Shown: one piece after another, positions 27,745 through 36,926 of the stretch
How positions within the stretch are numbered: position 1 is the first letter of the stretch
Layout: each line of letters begins with the position of its first letter
Virus record (IMG/VR): IMGVR_UViG_3300048803_000071
Span: 28,783-92,782 of that record
Source: a virus
Lineage: Duplodnaviria; Caudoviricetes
Direction: 5' to 3' (one strand)
DNA: 64,000 nucleotides
Notes under the pieces: model-generated
Database searches by the model: none
Told to the model about the DNA's origin: nothing
What the model saw: the letters and a program-made list of their open reading frames with translations, nothing else
Translations under genes and position numbers: made by a program

Positions 27745-29313
27745 TTAAAAGCAGGCAAGACGACACCCAACATACTGATACGCAGGACCAGAATCATAAG
27801 CCAGAATCCAATCGAAAGCACCAGCCTTCGCACCATAATACGCATAACCGCCGAAGCACGCGACGCGCCAACCTTCTGCATCTTCATTGGCTTCATAATA
27901 ATCACAAAGCCCTACGCTTGAACTCCCGTCGGCACTCGTAGGTAAGAAACCACGCTTATTAGGGAGTATTGTTCTTATGTATCCACCACTACTTCCGAGT
28001 GTTCCAAGCAATGTGTAGTTACTGTCTGAATCATCCGTGTATTCGTTCGGTGTGCTATGAACATAAGCAGCGTTTGCATTGATTGATATTCCGTCAACAA
28101 ATTTCATAATATGTCCCCAGAAGTTTTCAATGCCTCTGTAACTTAAATATTTTGTGCTTTCCGTCGCAGCTGATGTACTTCCTGCATTGTTACCACTCGC
28201 ATCGCCGATTGCATTTGAATTACCTGATATTGCTATCGGATTGTAGTTGTTGTAAGCCGCCCAATCATTCACGTTAGTAATCGCTACGCCTAAAACCGAT
28301 TGTGAATTGAAACTTCCGTATTCAATCAAGAATAATAGTTGTATTGCACTTACTGTATCGAAGTCCTGCTGGAACCATCCTGCACCTCTGTTACTTGCAA
28401 GTACTCTTGTATTTGCACGTGTAAGATTCGTTATAGGCATCTTATCGTTTACTGAGGAAAGCTTATCGCCTGTTGTTGCTGTGTAGTCTTTTTGTGTACT
28501 GATTTCGGTATTAGCTTCCGTCGCATCACTAACATCCTCGGTAACTATTATTTTCGTTGCACTTGAAACCGTTGCCACTGTATAAGTACCGTTTAATGCA
28601 CTTGTACCCGTGATAACTAATTTATCACCTGCCTCAAGTCCCGCAAATCCGCCTATTAAACTTGTAGTAATTGAATTATCTGTATCTGCAAAAACTACAC
28701 TATGAGCGGGTAAATACTTTCCGTTTGCATAACGACTTGCAGAAGTGTCGTAAAGCATTCCCTCATAAGCTCCAATGTAGGCAAATGGTTTTTCAGTACC
28801 TGCTTTATTAAACATTGGATGTACTTCATACCCTGAAAGAGGTACAGCGGAAATTTGCCACGTATGAATTGTATCTCCCGCAACAACTGCTATTGAATAC
28901 TTATAGTAGAATTTTGGAATCTCTACCATGACTTGACCATCAGTTCCATCAAGCACAGCACTTGTTACTCCATCTTCTTTTTTTGTTGAATCTGTAGCTG
29001 ATAGATAATATTCTACAACCCCCGCTGCTTTCATAAGACACCGTCTCATTTGTGAATGGATTGGGAGATTAGCATCACCTGCCGAAACTCCAGTTGCTAT
29101 TCCTATAAGACTTCCTGTTCTTGCATAAGTATCATCTGTTTCATTCCACGATAAACCTTGCGGTAATAGGTTTTCAAGAGAGGTCCCGATTAAATTCTTC
29201 GGTGAGATTTTTTTAAGTTGCCCCGTTGATGCGTCAAGAATCTTAAGTAAGTCGTTATTTACGTCAACAGTAATTAATTCTTGTAATTTTTCTACAGGTG
29301 GTTCGTAACTCAT
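27745..29313 (-). CDS. DGR target, putative tail fibre/adhesin with C-type lectin (Mtd-like) fold
   Basis: VMVEIPKFY, YIGAYEG and YRGIENFWG...FVDG motifs; C-terminal VR; N-terminal fibre-anchor-like segment. Confidence 0.88.
   Translation of the reverse strand: MSYEPPVEKLQELITVDVNNDLLKILDASTGQLKKISPKNLIGTSLENLLPQGLSWNETDDTYARTGSLIGIATGVSAGDANLPIHSQMRRCLMKAAGVVEYYLSATDSTKKEDGVTSAVLDGTDGQVMVEIPKFYYKYSIAVVAGDTIHTWQISAVPLSGYEVHPMFNKAGTEKPFAYIGAYEGMLYDTSASRYANGKYLPAHSVVFADTDNSITTSLIGGFAGLEAGDKLVITGTSALNGTYTVATVSSATKIIVTEDVSDATEANTEISTQKDYTATTGDKLSSVNDKMPITNLTRANTRVLASNRGAGWFQQDFDTVSAIQLLFLIEYGSFNSQSVLGVAITNVNDWAAYNNYNPIAISGNSNAIGDASGNNAGSTSAATESTKYLSYRGIENFWGHIMKFVDGISINANAAYVHSTPNEYTDDSDSNYTLLGTLGSSGGYIRTILPNKRGFLPTSADGSSSVGLCDYYEANEDAEGWRVACFGGYAYYGAKAGAFDWILAYDSGPAYQYVGCRLACF
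27751..27870 (-). repeat. DGR variable repeat (VR) at 3' end of target gene
   Basis: Encodes WRVACFGGYAYYGAKAGAFDWILAYDSGPAYQYVGCRLAC versus TR RHVTLIGGNANNGTNAGAFYWNLNNDSGNANQNIGCRLSC. Confidence 0.95.
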
Positions 29314-29328
29314 TATATTCTCCTTGTT

Positions 29329-29895
29329 TTAAGATGTTTTTATAAAATTTGAAATTATTAAGATTAATAACCCGATGATTGCTGAGAGTCGGAAAGTTTG
29401 ATAATTATATTCTTTGAGCATCCAATATCCGGATTGATACCAATGTGTTAACCAGGAAACGCGCCCCCGGTATTTTTTTGCAAATTTAAGTTGTGAGAGC
29501 AATACATAGTACCCGTATTCATTAGTTAGGAAATAGTGTGCCAGCAATAAACCGGCTGCTTCCCCTGCGGACCCGAAAAAATAAGAGATTAAAATAAATG
29601 TGATTTCTAATAACTTCTGGATTATTCTATAGCGTATCGGCTCATATCCTCCGTAAAAGAATTCCGGCTCCATAAGCCAGAGCCAAAATCCCCTGAACTT
29701 CTCATATATTCCCCTCGATAGTTTCCCCCCGAAAATTCCACTCGGATTTTCCACCGCTCCCTTAATACAAATCTCGTTAATGTAACCATAACAAAATGCA
29801 TCGATGAAAATTAATGCCCCAAGTAAAAAAACATTCAGCAACGTCCCGCTAAAACCAAAAAAGAAATTCATGCCGCTTCCCCCCTTGAAGAACAA
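29329..29895 (-). CDS. hypothetical membrane protein
   Basis: Several hydrophobic helices. Confidence 0.55.
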   Translation of the reverse strand: MFFKGGSGMNFFFGFSGTLLNVFLLGALIFIDAFCYGYINEICIKGAVENPSGIFGGKLSRGIYEKFRGFWLWLMEPEFFYGGYEPIRYRIIQKLLEITFILISYFFGSAGEAAGLLLAHYFLTNEYGYYVLLSQLKFAKKYRGRVSWLTHWYQSGYWMLKEYNYQTFRLSAIIGLLILIISNFIKTS

Positions 29896-30128
29896 AAGAC
29901 TACCTTGTTACGCATTATCGTGATATCTTCCCGTACAAAAACATTGTCCCCCAACATGATGTATTCGCTCCCCCTCGTCAACTTCCCCTCAATCGTACGA
30001 ACCCGGGAGCGTGCCTTGCTGCGACTCCGGATTATTCCCCCCAATATCATCCGTTTAATAATATAACTGCTTAAACTTGTTTCATCACATAATTCTGTTA
30101 TCGATTTGTACCCTGAAGGTTTTTCCAT
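29868..30128 (-). CDS. small putative DNA-binding (excisionase-like HTH) protein
   Basis: YKSITELCDETSLSSYIIKRMI..G.I pattern. Confidence 0.45.
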   Translation of the reverse strand: MEKPSGYKSITELCDETSLSSYIIKRMILGGIIRSRSKARSRVRTIEGKLTRGSEYIMLGDNVFVREDITIMRNKVVFCSSRGEAA

Positions 30129-30129
30129 T

Positions 30130-30960
30130 CACCAGTTGACTTAATTTAATGCGAAATTAATACCTCGTTATCCTTAAAGTCAAGTATCATTTTTAAAACC
30201 CTGTTTTTTTCATTGTGAAATTTTTGTCAATCAACTTCTTTTTTAAAAAATGTTTTCCCGCCTTTTTCGTTATTCCCTGTAAAATTTTCAATGTGACCGT
30301 TTTGTCATCTTATACTTTTTTCTATATTTTCCTATAAAATTTTTTATAATAATCCAAACAGGCTTTTTTTTCCTATAGATTTCTTAAAAAATTTTGTAAC
30401 TCTATGTCTTTATTCTCACATATACTCTGCCATTAGGGTGGTCGTGGGTGTCAACTGTTCCCCCTTAGCTCGTGGGCGGGGTGGTGGTGCTTTTTGTGGG
30501 TGCTTTGCCTTTCCTGTAATGCGAATTATAGGAAAGTCAATATTGAGGGGTGGGCTTTGTGCGTGGGGTGGCCTGCGTGATGTTGTTTAATCTGCATCTA
30601 TACGTTATGATTGAACAAATTATTTTTTATCTTTCGGGTTTGGGGTTTGACTTGAGAAATAATAACGGAATTAAAATATAGCTTTAAAAAAGGGGTTTTT
30701 AAAAATGGGGGTTTTGTGGTGGGTTTGGTTGGTTGGTTATGCGTTCGGAATTAAAGAATTTTTGAATTGGTTATTTTTTGGGATTGTGTTTTTATATGAT
30801 GAGTGATTAAAATAAGAAGTTTTATTTATGGTGTGTTTTGTTGTTGTGGTTGGTGTTGTTGTTATGGTGGTTATGTTATGAGTTGTGATATAAAGAGAAT
30901 GTTTTCAAGTCTCCCCCTTCCCTCTGCTCTTATAGGGTTGGGGGGCTTGTGTCGTGTGCG
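30130..30960. other. long non-coding, strongly G/T-skewed region
   Basis: No credible ORF; G-runs and GT-rich tracts on + from about 30430 to 30960. Confidence 0.7.
30152..30183 (-). promoter_or_regulatory. Bacteroidota-like promoter heading the fibre/lysis/portal block
   Basis: TTG-N21-TAATTTCG; same spacing as 6082-6113. Confidence 0.5.
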
Positions 30961-30967
30961 TGGGTTG

Positions 30968-31297
30968 TTATTTCTCGAATTTTAAAAGGTTCTTGTTATC
31001 TTCAATGAATTTTTTAATCTGTCCGCTTTCGTTTAAAAGTGTTACCCATTGAGAGGGGTATAAACTGACAGGAAAACGGGCGTTTATTCCATATACTGAG
31101 ATTACTCCGCTCGGCTGAAGTTTTACGGCTTTGATATGGGGGGCGGTTTTTTGTGCCTGCGTTTGAATTGTTTCCTGTTGTTTCTTAATTACTTCTAAAA
31201 GTTGTTCAGTTGATAAGGTGCTTAAATCGTTGCTTGGTGCTGTTGTTGCTGTTGGTTCAAAAAAATTAACGGGATTAAATAAATTATTGCCTGCCAT
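30968..31297 (-). CDS. conserved small phage protein
   Basis: SVYG..RFPV.LY..QW motif; strong SD. Confidence 0.55.
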   Translation of the reverse strand: MAGNNLFNPVNFFEPTATTAPSNDLSTLSTEQLLEVIKKQQETIQTQAQKTAPHIKAVKLQPSGVISVYGINARFPVSLYPSQWVTLLNESGQIKKFIEDNKNLLKFEK

Positions 31298-31490
31298 TTG
31301 TTACTCTCCTTTTTAAGTTTGTTTTTTAAAGTTAATTAAAGATTATGATTCCTGTTATTATTGCTATCAATGAGACTATCCATATAATAACAACATCATA
31401 AGATTTTTTAATTTGTTCCATTTGTTAAACTCCTCTTTTGATTTCGGAATACAGTAATATAAATATTCGTGTGTGTTTCTTATCCGCTAA

Positions 31491-32099
31491 TTATTCGGAG
31501 ATTGGAGTAATAAACGGATTAATTACTTCTATCCAGGAGTTTAATTCGTTTGCATAAGCTCGGTATACTCTTAATCCTAAGTTATTACTTGCACTTAAGA
31601 AACTTCCATATAAGCTTGAGGTGTCCAATCTCCTGTAATGGTCGCTTAATATTCCCCTTACCTGTCCGTCAATCTCTCTCACTAATACTCTGTTTCTATC
31701 TGAATGGGTTGAATGTTCATTCAAGATGTTAGATAAAAGTTTAATCTGCCATTCTTCCTTACTGTCACTCAAGGATTTAAGGTATCCTGCAAAGTTTGTG
31801 TTATTTGCTTTCAGCTTGTCCCCTGCTTGATAGATTGCGTTTGTATGCAAACTTAATTCTTTCGCTTTTAAATCTTCGCTGTCATATCCTACTCTCATCA
31901 ATACTTGTTTCTTCTCTAAATCCGGTATAAAAGATAATTTCTTGTTACTTCCTAACTCAAGTATATAGTCATTTAATAAACTTCCCTCTTGTTCAATCCT
32001 GTTAATAAAGTGCTTGTTCTTTTCCATTTCTTGAGAAAGTTTCCTGTTAAGGATTTCTTCCTCTTTTGTTACTACTTCAATATTACTTTCTGTAAACAT
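31491..32099 (-). CDS. DUF932-like protein (apparently N-terminal part only)
   Basis: LVREIDGQVRGILSDHYRRLD motif; ends at 202 aa. Confidence 0.5.
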   Translation of the reverse strand: MFTESNIEVVTKEEEILNRKLSQEMEKNKHFINRIEQEGSLLNDYILELGSNKKLSFIPDLEKKQVLMRVGYDSEDLKAKELSLHTNAIYQAGDKLKANNTNFAGYLKSLSDSKEEWQIKLLSNILNEHSTHSDRNRVLVREIDGQVRGILSDHYRRLDTSSLYGSFLSASNNLGLRVYRAYANELNSWIEVINPFITPISE

Positions 32100-32136
32100 T
32101 AAACTCTCCTTTTTAAATTTTTTGGAATACTGTAAA

Positions 32137-32715
32137 CTAATAATTCGTTTGTGTTTGGTGTGTCACTATGAATTCGTTTTTTTCGTTTGCTATGAAATAA
32201 CCTATTAAGATTAACTCGTTATCTTCTGAAATAAGAAAATGGGAGTAATAGGAATTCTTACAAGGAATCTTTTCATCTAAACATTTCAAGTGTAAATAAT
32301 GCTCTCTATTCTCCTGCAAACTATCTACCATAACAAGATAATTCTTTTGTTTATACTTGTTTGCAAGTTCAACAATCTTATTGCAAATGGTATCTTTACT
32401 GAATGTCAATGCTTCTCGTATTATTTCCATTTTACGCAATTCGTATAATTCCTTATCTTCGGGAAATACTATTTTCTTTATCTCTCCTTTTCTGATTAAT
32501 TGTTTGTAGTCTCTTAAGCAAGGAATACCTGAAAAGAAACAATCGAATCCGTTTAATGAGAATAAGAACATTAACTCTATGTTTTCGGCTTGTGTATGTG
32601 GCTTGTTGTCTATTCTTATTGGAATAGTTAATATTTCGTTTGGTTTGTATTCTCCTGTTTGTACTGTGTAGATTACATTTTTTGTTGCTGTGTCCATAAA
32701 GATTGAATATTTCAT
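32137..32715 (-). CDS. hypothetical protein
   Basis: Likely start MKYSIF at 32715 (SD and promoter motif upstream); track starts at 32763. Confidence 0.6.
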   Translation of the reverse strand: MKYSIFMDTATKNVIYTVQTGEYKPNEILTIPIRIDNKPHTQAENIELMFLFSLNGFDCFFSGIPCLRDYKQLIRKGEIKKIVFPEDKELYELRKMEIIREALTFSKDTICNKIVELANKYKQKNYLVMVDSLQENREHYLHLKCLDEKIPCKNSYYSHFLISEDNELILIGYFIANEKNEFIVTHQTQTNY

Positions 32716-32802
32716 TTTTACTCTCCTTTTTGATTTCTGTAATATAAAAAAAGGTCTGTGCATTTCTACACAAACCTTTCATTTTCAAGGATAGGAGAGT
32801 TA

Positions 32803-34227
32803 TTAAGAAACTTTTACTTTTTTCTGTTTCTTATTGGTTTTCACTTTCTTTGTTTTGCTTGTCCTTTTCATCTTACCGCTTGGCGTTACTTCAATATGTT
32901 CTTTCTGTTCCTGTTCTTTCTGTTCCTGTTCTTCTTTGGTTACTTCTTCATCCGTGAATTCTGCATATTCTTTCTGTTCCTGTTCTTCTTCATTATGTGG
33001 CTCTTCAAATTCTGAATGCAGTTCATCAAGTATATCCGTTTTATTTTCATCCTGTCCGTCCTGTGGTTCTTCGGAGTGGTTTTCCTGTTCATTCTCTTGT
33101 TCTTTCTGTCCATTTCCAACATCTACTCTTACCGGCATAATTAAGTATGTTAATATGCTATTGCAGGCAAGGAATGCTTGAGAAGGTGCTGTGAATTCAA
33201 AAGTCAACATTTCATCTTTGAAAAGGTTAAGCATTGCAAGTATATATTTTCCGTTCATTGCGAATTCGAAATTCTCTATTTCTGTCGGCTCTGGTGCTTC
33301 CTGCCCTTCTTCTGCTGTTGGAATGTATTTTGACCTGCAAGCAATTTTATCATAACTTGCAATTCCTTTTTCATTGTTCTCTGCTTTTAAGTATAGTTCA
33401 CTCCCTGCTATTTCAAATTTAATCCTGTGGCTTAATTCATCTGCACTTATTAATACTCCGTTTATAGCATTTATCCAGTCTTTCCTGTTAACTGATAATT
33501 CATAGATATGCTCTTTTGGAATAACGTTTTCATAGGTTGGGAATGAATCATCTATGCTTTTTGTATGAATAGATATTCCTTCCCCTTCCATATCTACTCT
33601 TCCATTTTCGTACGTTTTTATATCCATTGGTATCTCAAGACGTGCTAATATTCTCGATATCGTTTTCGGAAGTAAAATATCCCTGTCGATTTTTGTCCCT
33701 GCTTTGCAAACTACTAACCTGAAGGCGTCCGTTCCTACAATATCACCGGTCTTTGATAATAATACTCCTGATAACTGTCGTCTTACTTCATCTGTTGATG
33801 AACAGGTTAATGCTCTTCCAATGTTGCTTACTGCTATCTTATCCAATGCATAATTATTTGTTTCTTCCCCTGCTTCTTCAAATTCCGGATAGTCTTCAAA
33901 TGATTCTGTCTGTATGGTATGAGAAACATTCCCTGCGGAGATATTAACGTATCTTCCTTGTTCTAATAACTGAAATTCTAAACTGTCCTGGTAAATATTC
34001 TCAAGGATAGTTTTTAAATCTCGTGCTGTTAATAAAAATTTGATGTTATTTGCTGTTAACGGTGAAGATACTGTTATGAATGTCTCAAGGTCTGTCCCTG
34101 TTAAGTATAGAATGTTATCTCTTACTTCAATCAATACCTTATCCAGTATAGGAAGGCTTGATTTAATCGGAATTACTAATAATACTTTGTTTAATAATTC
34201 CATAAATTTTTCTTTTAAAACTTGCAT
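32803..34227 (-). CDS. dnaN: DNA polymerase III beta sliding clamp with acidic/basic C-terminal extension
   Basis: LPIL..VLI, TGTDLE, TDAFRL and YLIMPVR motifs; about 105 aa extra tail. Confidence 0.92.
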   Translation of the reverse strand: MQVLKEKFMELLNKVLLVIPIKSSLPILDKVLIEVRDNILYLTGTDLETFITVSSPLTANNIKFLLTARDLKTILENIYQDSLEFQLLEQGRYVNISAGNVSHTIQTESFEDYPEFEEAGEETNNYALDKIAVSNIGRALTCSSTDEVRRQLSGVLLSKTGDIVGTDAFRLVVCKAGTKIDRDILLPKTISRILARLEIPMDIKTYENGRVDMEGEGISIHTKSIDDSFPTYENVIPKEHIYELSVNRKDWINAINGVLISADELSHRIKFEIAGSELYLKAENNEKGIASYDKIACRSKYIPTAEEGQEAPEPTEIENFEFAMNGKYILAMLNLFKDEMLTFEFTAPSQAFLACNSILTYLIMPVRVDVGNGQKEQENEQENHSEEPQDGQDENKTDILDELHSEFEEPHNEEEQEQKEYAEFTDEEVTKEEQEQKEQEQKEHIEVTPSGKMKRTSKTKKVKTNKKQKKVKVS

Positions 34228-34285
34228 TTTTAACTCCTTTTTTTGATTTGATTTTTGGATTCGCTAATTTAATAAATCGTTTGTG

Positions 34286-34690
34286 TTACAATATTCGGAT
34301 TTTAATATTTCGTATTGCACTCCTGAATTCTTCACTTGCAGATTGCATAACTATTTCCCAGTCATACATAAGTCCCCCTTCTAATCCTTTCTTTATACTA
34401 TGCTCGTGTTCATCAAATATTTCCTTTTTCTTCTCATCCGATAAGCTATTCCATATTTCTGTTTCTTCTTCATCCATTACTCCCAGTACATCATCAAGGC
34501 AAAATGATGTTTCCCATATCTTCGGCTCGTATATCTCAATATTTGTTTCTTGTGTTAAGTTTGGAGTCTGTTTAATCCTATAGTCAAAATAATTGTATAA
34601 GGATTGTATATACTTTGACATAAATTCCGGCTTTATATCCTTACCCTCTTCGTCAAAAGAGAATAAAGTTGTTGCTTTTATCTTTATCAT
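34286..34690 (-). CDS. hypothetical acidic protein
   Basis: 134 aa ORF in an operon-like run. Confidence 0.6.
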   Translation of the reverse strand: MIKIKATTLFSFDEEGKDIKPEFMSKYIQSLYNYFDYRIKQTPNLTQETNIEIYEPKIWETSFCLDDVLGVMDEEETEIWNSLSDEKKKEIFDEHEHSIKKGLEGGLMYDWEIVMQSASEEFRSAIRNIKIRIL

Positions 34691-34869
34691 TTTTTCTTCC
34701 CCTTTCTATTTAGCATATCTAAAATTTTATTTGCTATGCTTTTGGTTATGTTCTCTCTCCTCTTCCCCGTATGTATCATATTCTTAACTGTGATTATCCT
34801 TCCGTTCCCTGTTATTGTATACTCGTCGCTGAAAGTCTCTTGACTTCTTTCAATTTCATAATTTGGCAT
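34687..34869 (-). CDS. hypothetical protein
   Basis: SD present; overlaps the next gene by 4 bp. Confidence 0.5.
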   Translation of the reverse strand: MPNYEIERSQETFSDEYTITGNGRIITVKNMIHTGKRRENITKSIANKILDMLNRKGKKK

Positions 34870-34887
34870 AAATTACTCCTTCCGTTT

Positions 34888-35109
34888 TTAAATATAAATT
34901 ATTTGAATTCCGTAATCATTTTTCATTCCGAATACTATGTTATCCTCGTCGTATATCTTTATCTTTACTCTTTCTATTGTTGCTTCGGGGAACTGTTCCT
35001 TTATCTCATTAAAGGCATCCAGTAACTCTCTTAAAGAAGGATTGTAATATTCGTTCTCATAATGGAATACTTTGCTTATCTCTAATGCGAATTCTTTTAT
35101 ACAACTCAT
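34888..35109 (-). CDS. hypothetical protein
   Basis: SD AAGGAG. Confidence 0.55.
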   Translation of the reverse strand: MSCIKEFALEISKVFHYENEYYNPSLRELLDAFNEIKEQFPEATIERVKIKIYDEDNIVFGMKNDYGIQIIYI

Positions 35110-35134
35110 TTTTTCTCCTTTGCTTTTATTTAAT

Positions 35135-35227
35135 AAAACAAGCGTAACAGTTTTTCGTGTTCCTGCCGTGAAGTCTGTAAGGTTCTACAGGATTTGTTAG
35201 GCTCGTGTTCATTCTACTGTTACGCTC
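35135..35227 (-). ncRNA. candidate structured small RNA or leader
   Basis: 11-bp perfect outer stem (35141-51/35216-26), inner CTGTA/TACAG stem, two GAACACGA copies; begins ~6 nt after a promoter motif and ends in a U-rich tract. Confidence 0.55.
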
Positions 35228-35252
35228 AAAAGAATATAATTAAAGCTCTGTG

Positions 35253-35708
35253 TTAAACTTCAAACTCCAGTTCCTCGTCTGTCCATTTCTTTTCTGTGAT
35301 TAGATAATTTAACCTGTTAACAAAGTGATATCCGGCCTGTAGTATTATTTTCCCGTCACAATCTAATACTGTCCATATTGTTTTGGGATTTTGTTTCTTT
35401 ACAAATTCTAATTCCTCTCCACTTATTTCAAACGCATATCCATCCATTGAAGGATGTTTTACTAATATATTCTTGATAGGCGTATAAGTCTTGCAAAAAT
35501 AATCAAAAGACTTTTTGTGGTTTTTGATTATGTACTCTAAGCTCTCTCTTGAGAATAAAGCATTAGTATTGCTTCCGAATGCTCTCCGGCTGTTTAATTC
35601 TGCATATACTCTCAATAGTACCTTTTCCGTGTTCCCATTAGAAATTAATAAGAATAACTCACTCCAAAACTGATAAGTCTTTCTTTTTTTTATATTTTTT
35701 ATATCCAT
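35253..35708 (-). CDS. conserved hypothetical phage protein
   Basis: FE..GEELEFV...IWT...G.H.VNR..Y.IT motif. Confidence 0.55.
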   Translation of the reverse strand: MDIKNIKKRKTYQFWSELFLLISNGNTEKVLLRVYAELNSRRAFGSNTNALFSRESLEYIIKNHKKSFDYFCKTYTPIKNILVKHPSMDGYAFEISGEELEFVKKQNPKTIWTVLDCDGKIILQAGYHFVNRLNYLITEKKWTDEELEFEV

Positions 35709-35753
35709 AGTTGATATTATTTTAATTTTATGAAAAGTCTATTTGATATTGGC

Positions 35754-36368
35754 TCATTCGTCTTTTATTTTTAGTTTTAATTGATTTATGCTTTTCTTGG
35801 TTGAAAATATATTCCAGTCAAGTATAGCATTAGGGTTTTTAAAGACAAGCCCTTCATCATAAATACAATCAAGTTTACTCCATAACTTATTCCAGTATTC
35901 TTTCGGATATCTTAAAGATAAGTATATTTCTGTGTTCTCTCTTTTTGCTAATAACTCGGTTCCAAAACTCTTTTTATTGTTAACTTCGGGAACATCAGGA
36001 ACACTATAATACTTAAAGCCTGTTAGTTTATAATATCTTTTCACAAGATTTTCTTTTATTAATCTCTCTCCATTCAATATTATAGCATCCCAAATTACTA
36101 TCGTATCAGATACATCCCCTTTCTGTCTTGCACCTATGCATTCTCCGTCAAGATAAAATGGCTGTGGAAATACATCTTTTAACCATTCCCAATTAAAGTT
36201 TTTCCCTGCTTTTAGTGGTGTCCCTTCCCTGCTTAATAACTTTAATTCGTTATCTTCGCATAATATTTCTATCCTGTGTCCGTTCTTTTTTACCTCTACA
36301 AAATACCCTTCCGGTACATCTTCTATCTTTCTTATTCTCATTGGCTTTTCTGGATAAAAGAAAATCAT
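35754..36368 (-). CDS. ATP-dependent ligase, adenylation domain only
   Basis: Motifs I EVKKNGHR, III DGE, IIIa WDA, IV EGLVFK, V LKLK; ends with no OB domain. Confidence 0.75.
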   Translation of the reverse strand: MIFFYPEKPMRIRKIEDVPEGYFVEVKKNGHRIEILCEDNELKLLSREGTPLKAGKNFNWEWLKDVFPQPFYLDGECIGARQKGDVSDTIVIWDAIILNGERLIKENLVKRYYKLTGFKYYSVPDVPEVNNKKSFGTELLAKRENTEIYLSLRYPKEYWNKLWSKLDCIYDEGLVFKNPNAILDWNIFSTKKSINQLKLKIKDE

Positions 36369-36832
36369 ATTTTACTCCTTTCGTTTATTTGTGCTTTTTT
36401 TTCTGGAATGTTGAATATTGTCTCAAGGTTTGCAAATAAAAATTCAAAGATTTTTTTTAGTTCTTCCATAGTGAAACTCTCTAACCATTCATATTTTTTA
36501 GATATTCCTGTTATAGAAATTTCATCTTCACTTTGAAATTTCATAGCATAAGGACAAATTCCTGTTCCCATATCTATTATTATACCAATGCAATTATCAT
36601 TCTTATCCCTTTGAAGTATAGCAAGGTGGTCATAATAAGTTCTGGAATGTCTTTCGTTTCCGTCTCTTCTTTGCAGTATATCATCATTAATGAAGTTCAA
36701 TCTTGCTAATCCATCAACTCTAAATCCTAATTGCTTTTCTACTTCCTGCCCTGCCATAACAGGACTTAAAGCTCCTTTCACTTTTCCGTCAATATCTTTG
36801 TGAAGCATTGAAAATGCTGTTTTTAATTTCAT
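36365..36832 (-). CDS. hypothetical protein
   Basis: SD and promoter motif upstream; overlaps the ligase start. Confidence 0.6.
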   Translation of the reverse strand: MKLKTAFSMLHKDIDGKVKGALSPVMAGQEVEKQLGFRVDGLARLNFINDDILQRRDGNERHSRTYYDHLAILQRDKNDNCIGIIIDMGTGICPYAMKFQSEDEISITGISKKYEWLESFTMEELKKIFEFLFANLETIFNIPEKKAQINERSKI

Positions 36833-36871
36833 TTTTTATTCTCCTTTTTAAGTCTTTCGTTTTTCTAATAT

Positions 36872-36906
36872 AAAAAAAGAGTTGTGTAAATTAATACACA
36901 ACTCCC
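36872..36906 (-). terminator. terminator hairpin overlapping a promoter motif
   Basis: GAGTTGTGTA/TACACAACTC stem plus U-tract; a similar structure lies at 32747-32780. Confidence 0.7.
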
Positions 36907-36926
36907 TTCGTTGAATTAAGGTATTG

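Larger units (their letters stand above)
26392..29313 (-). mobile_element. diversity-generating retroelement cassette (target-VR, TR, RT)
   Basis: RT plus an A-specific TR/VR pair plus a C-type-lectin-fold target. Confidence 0.95.
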
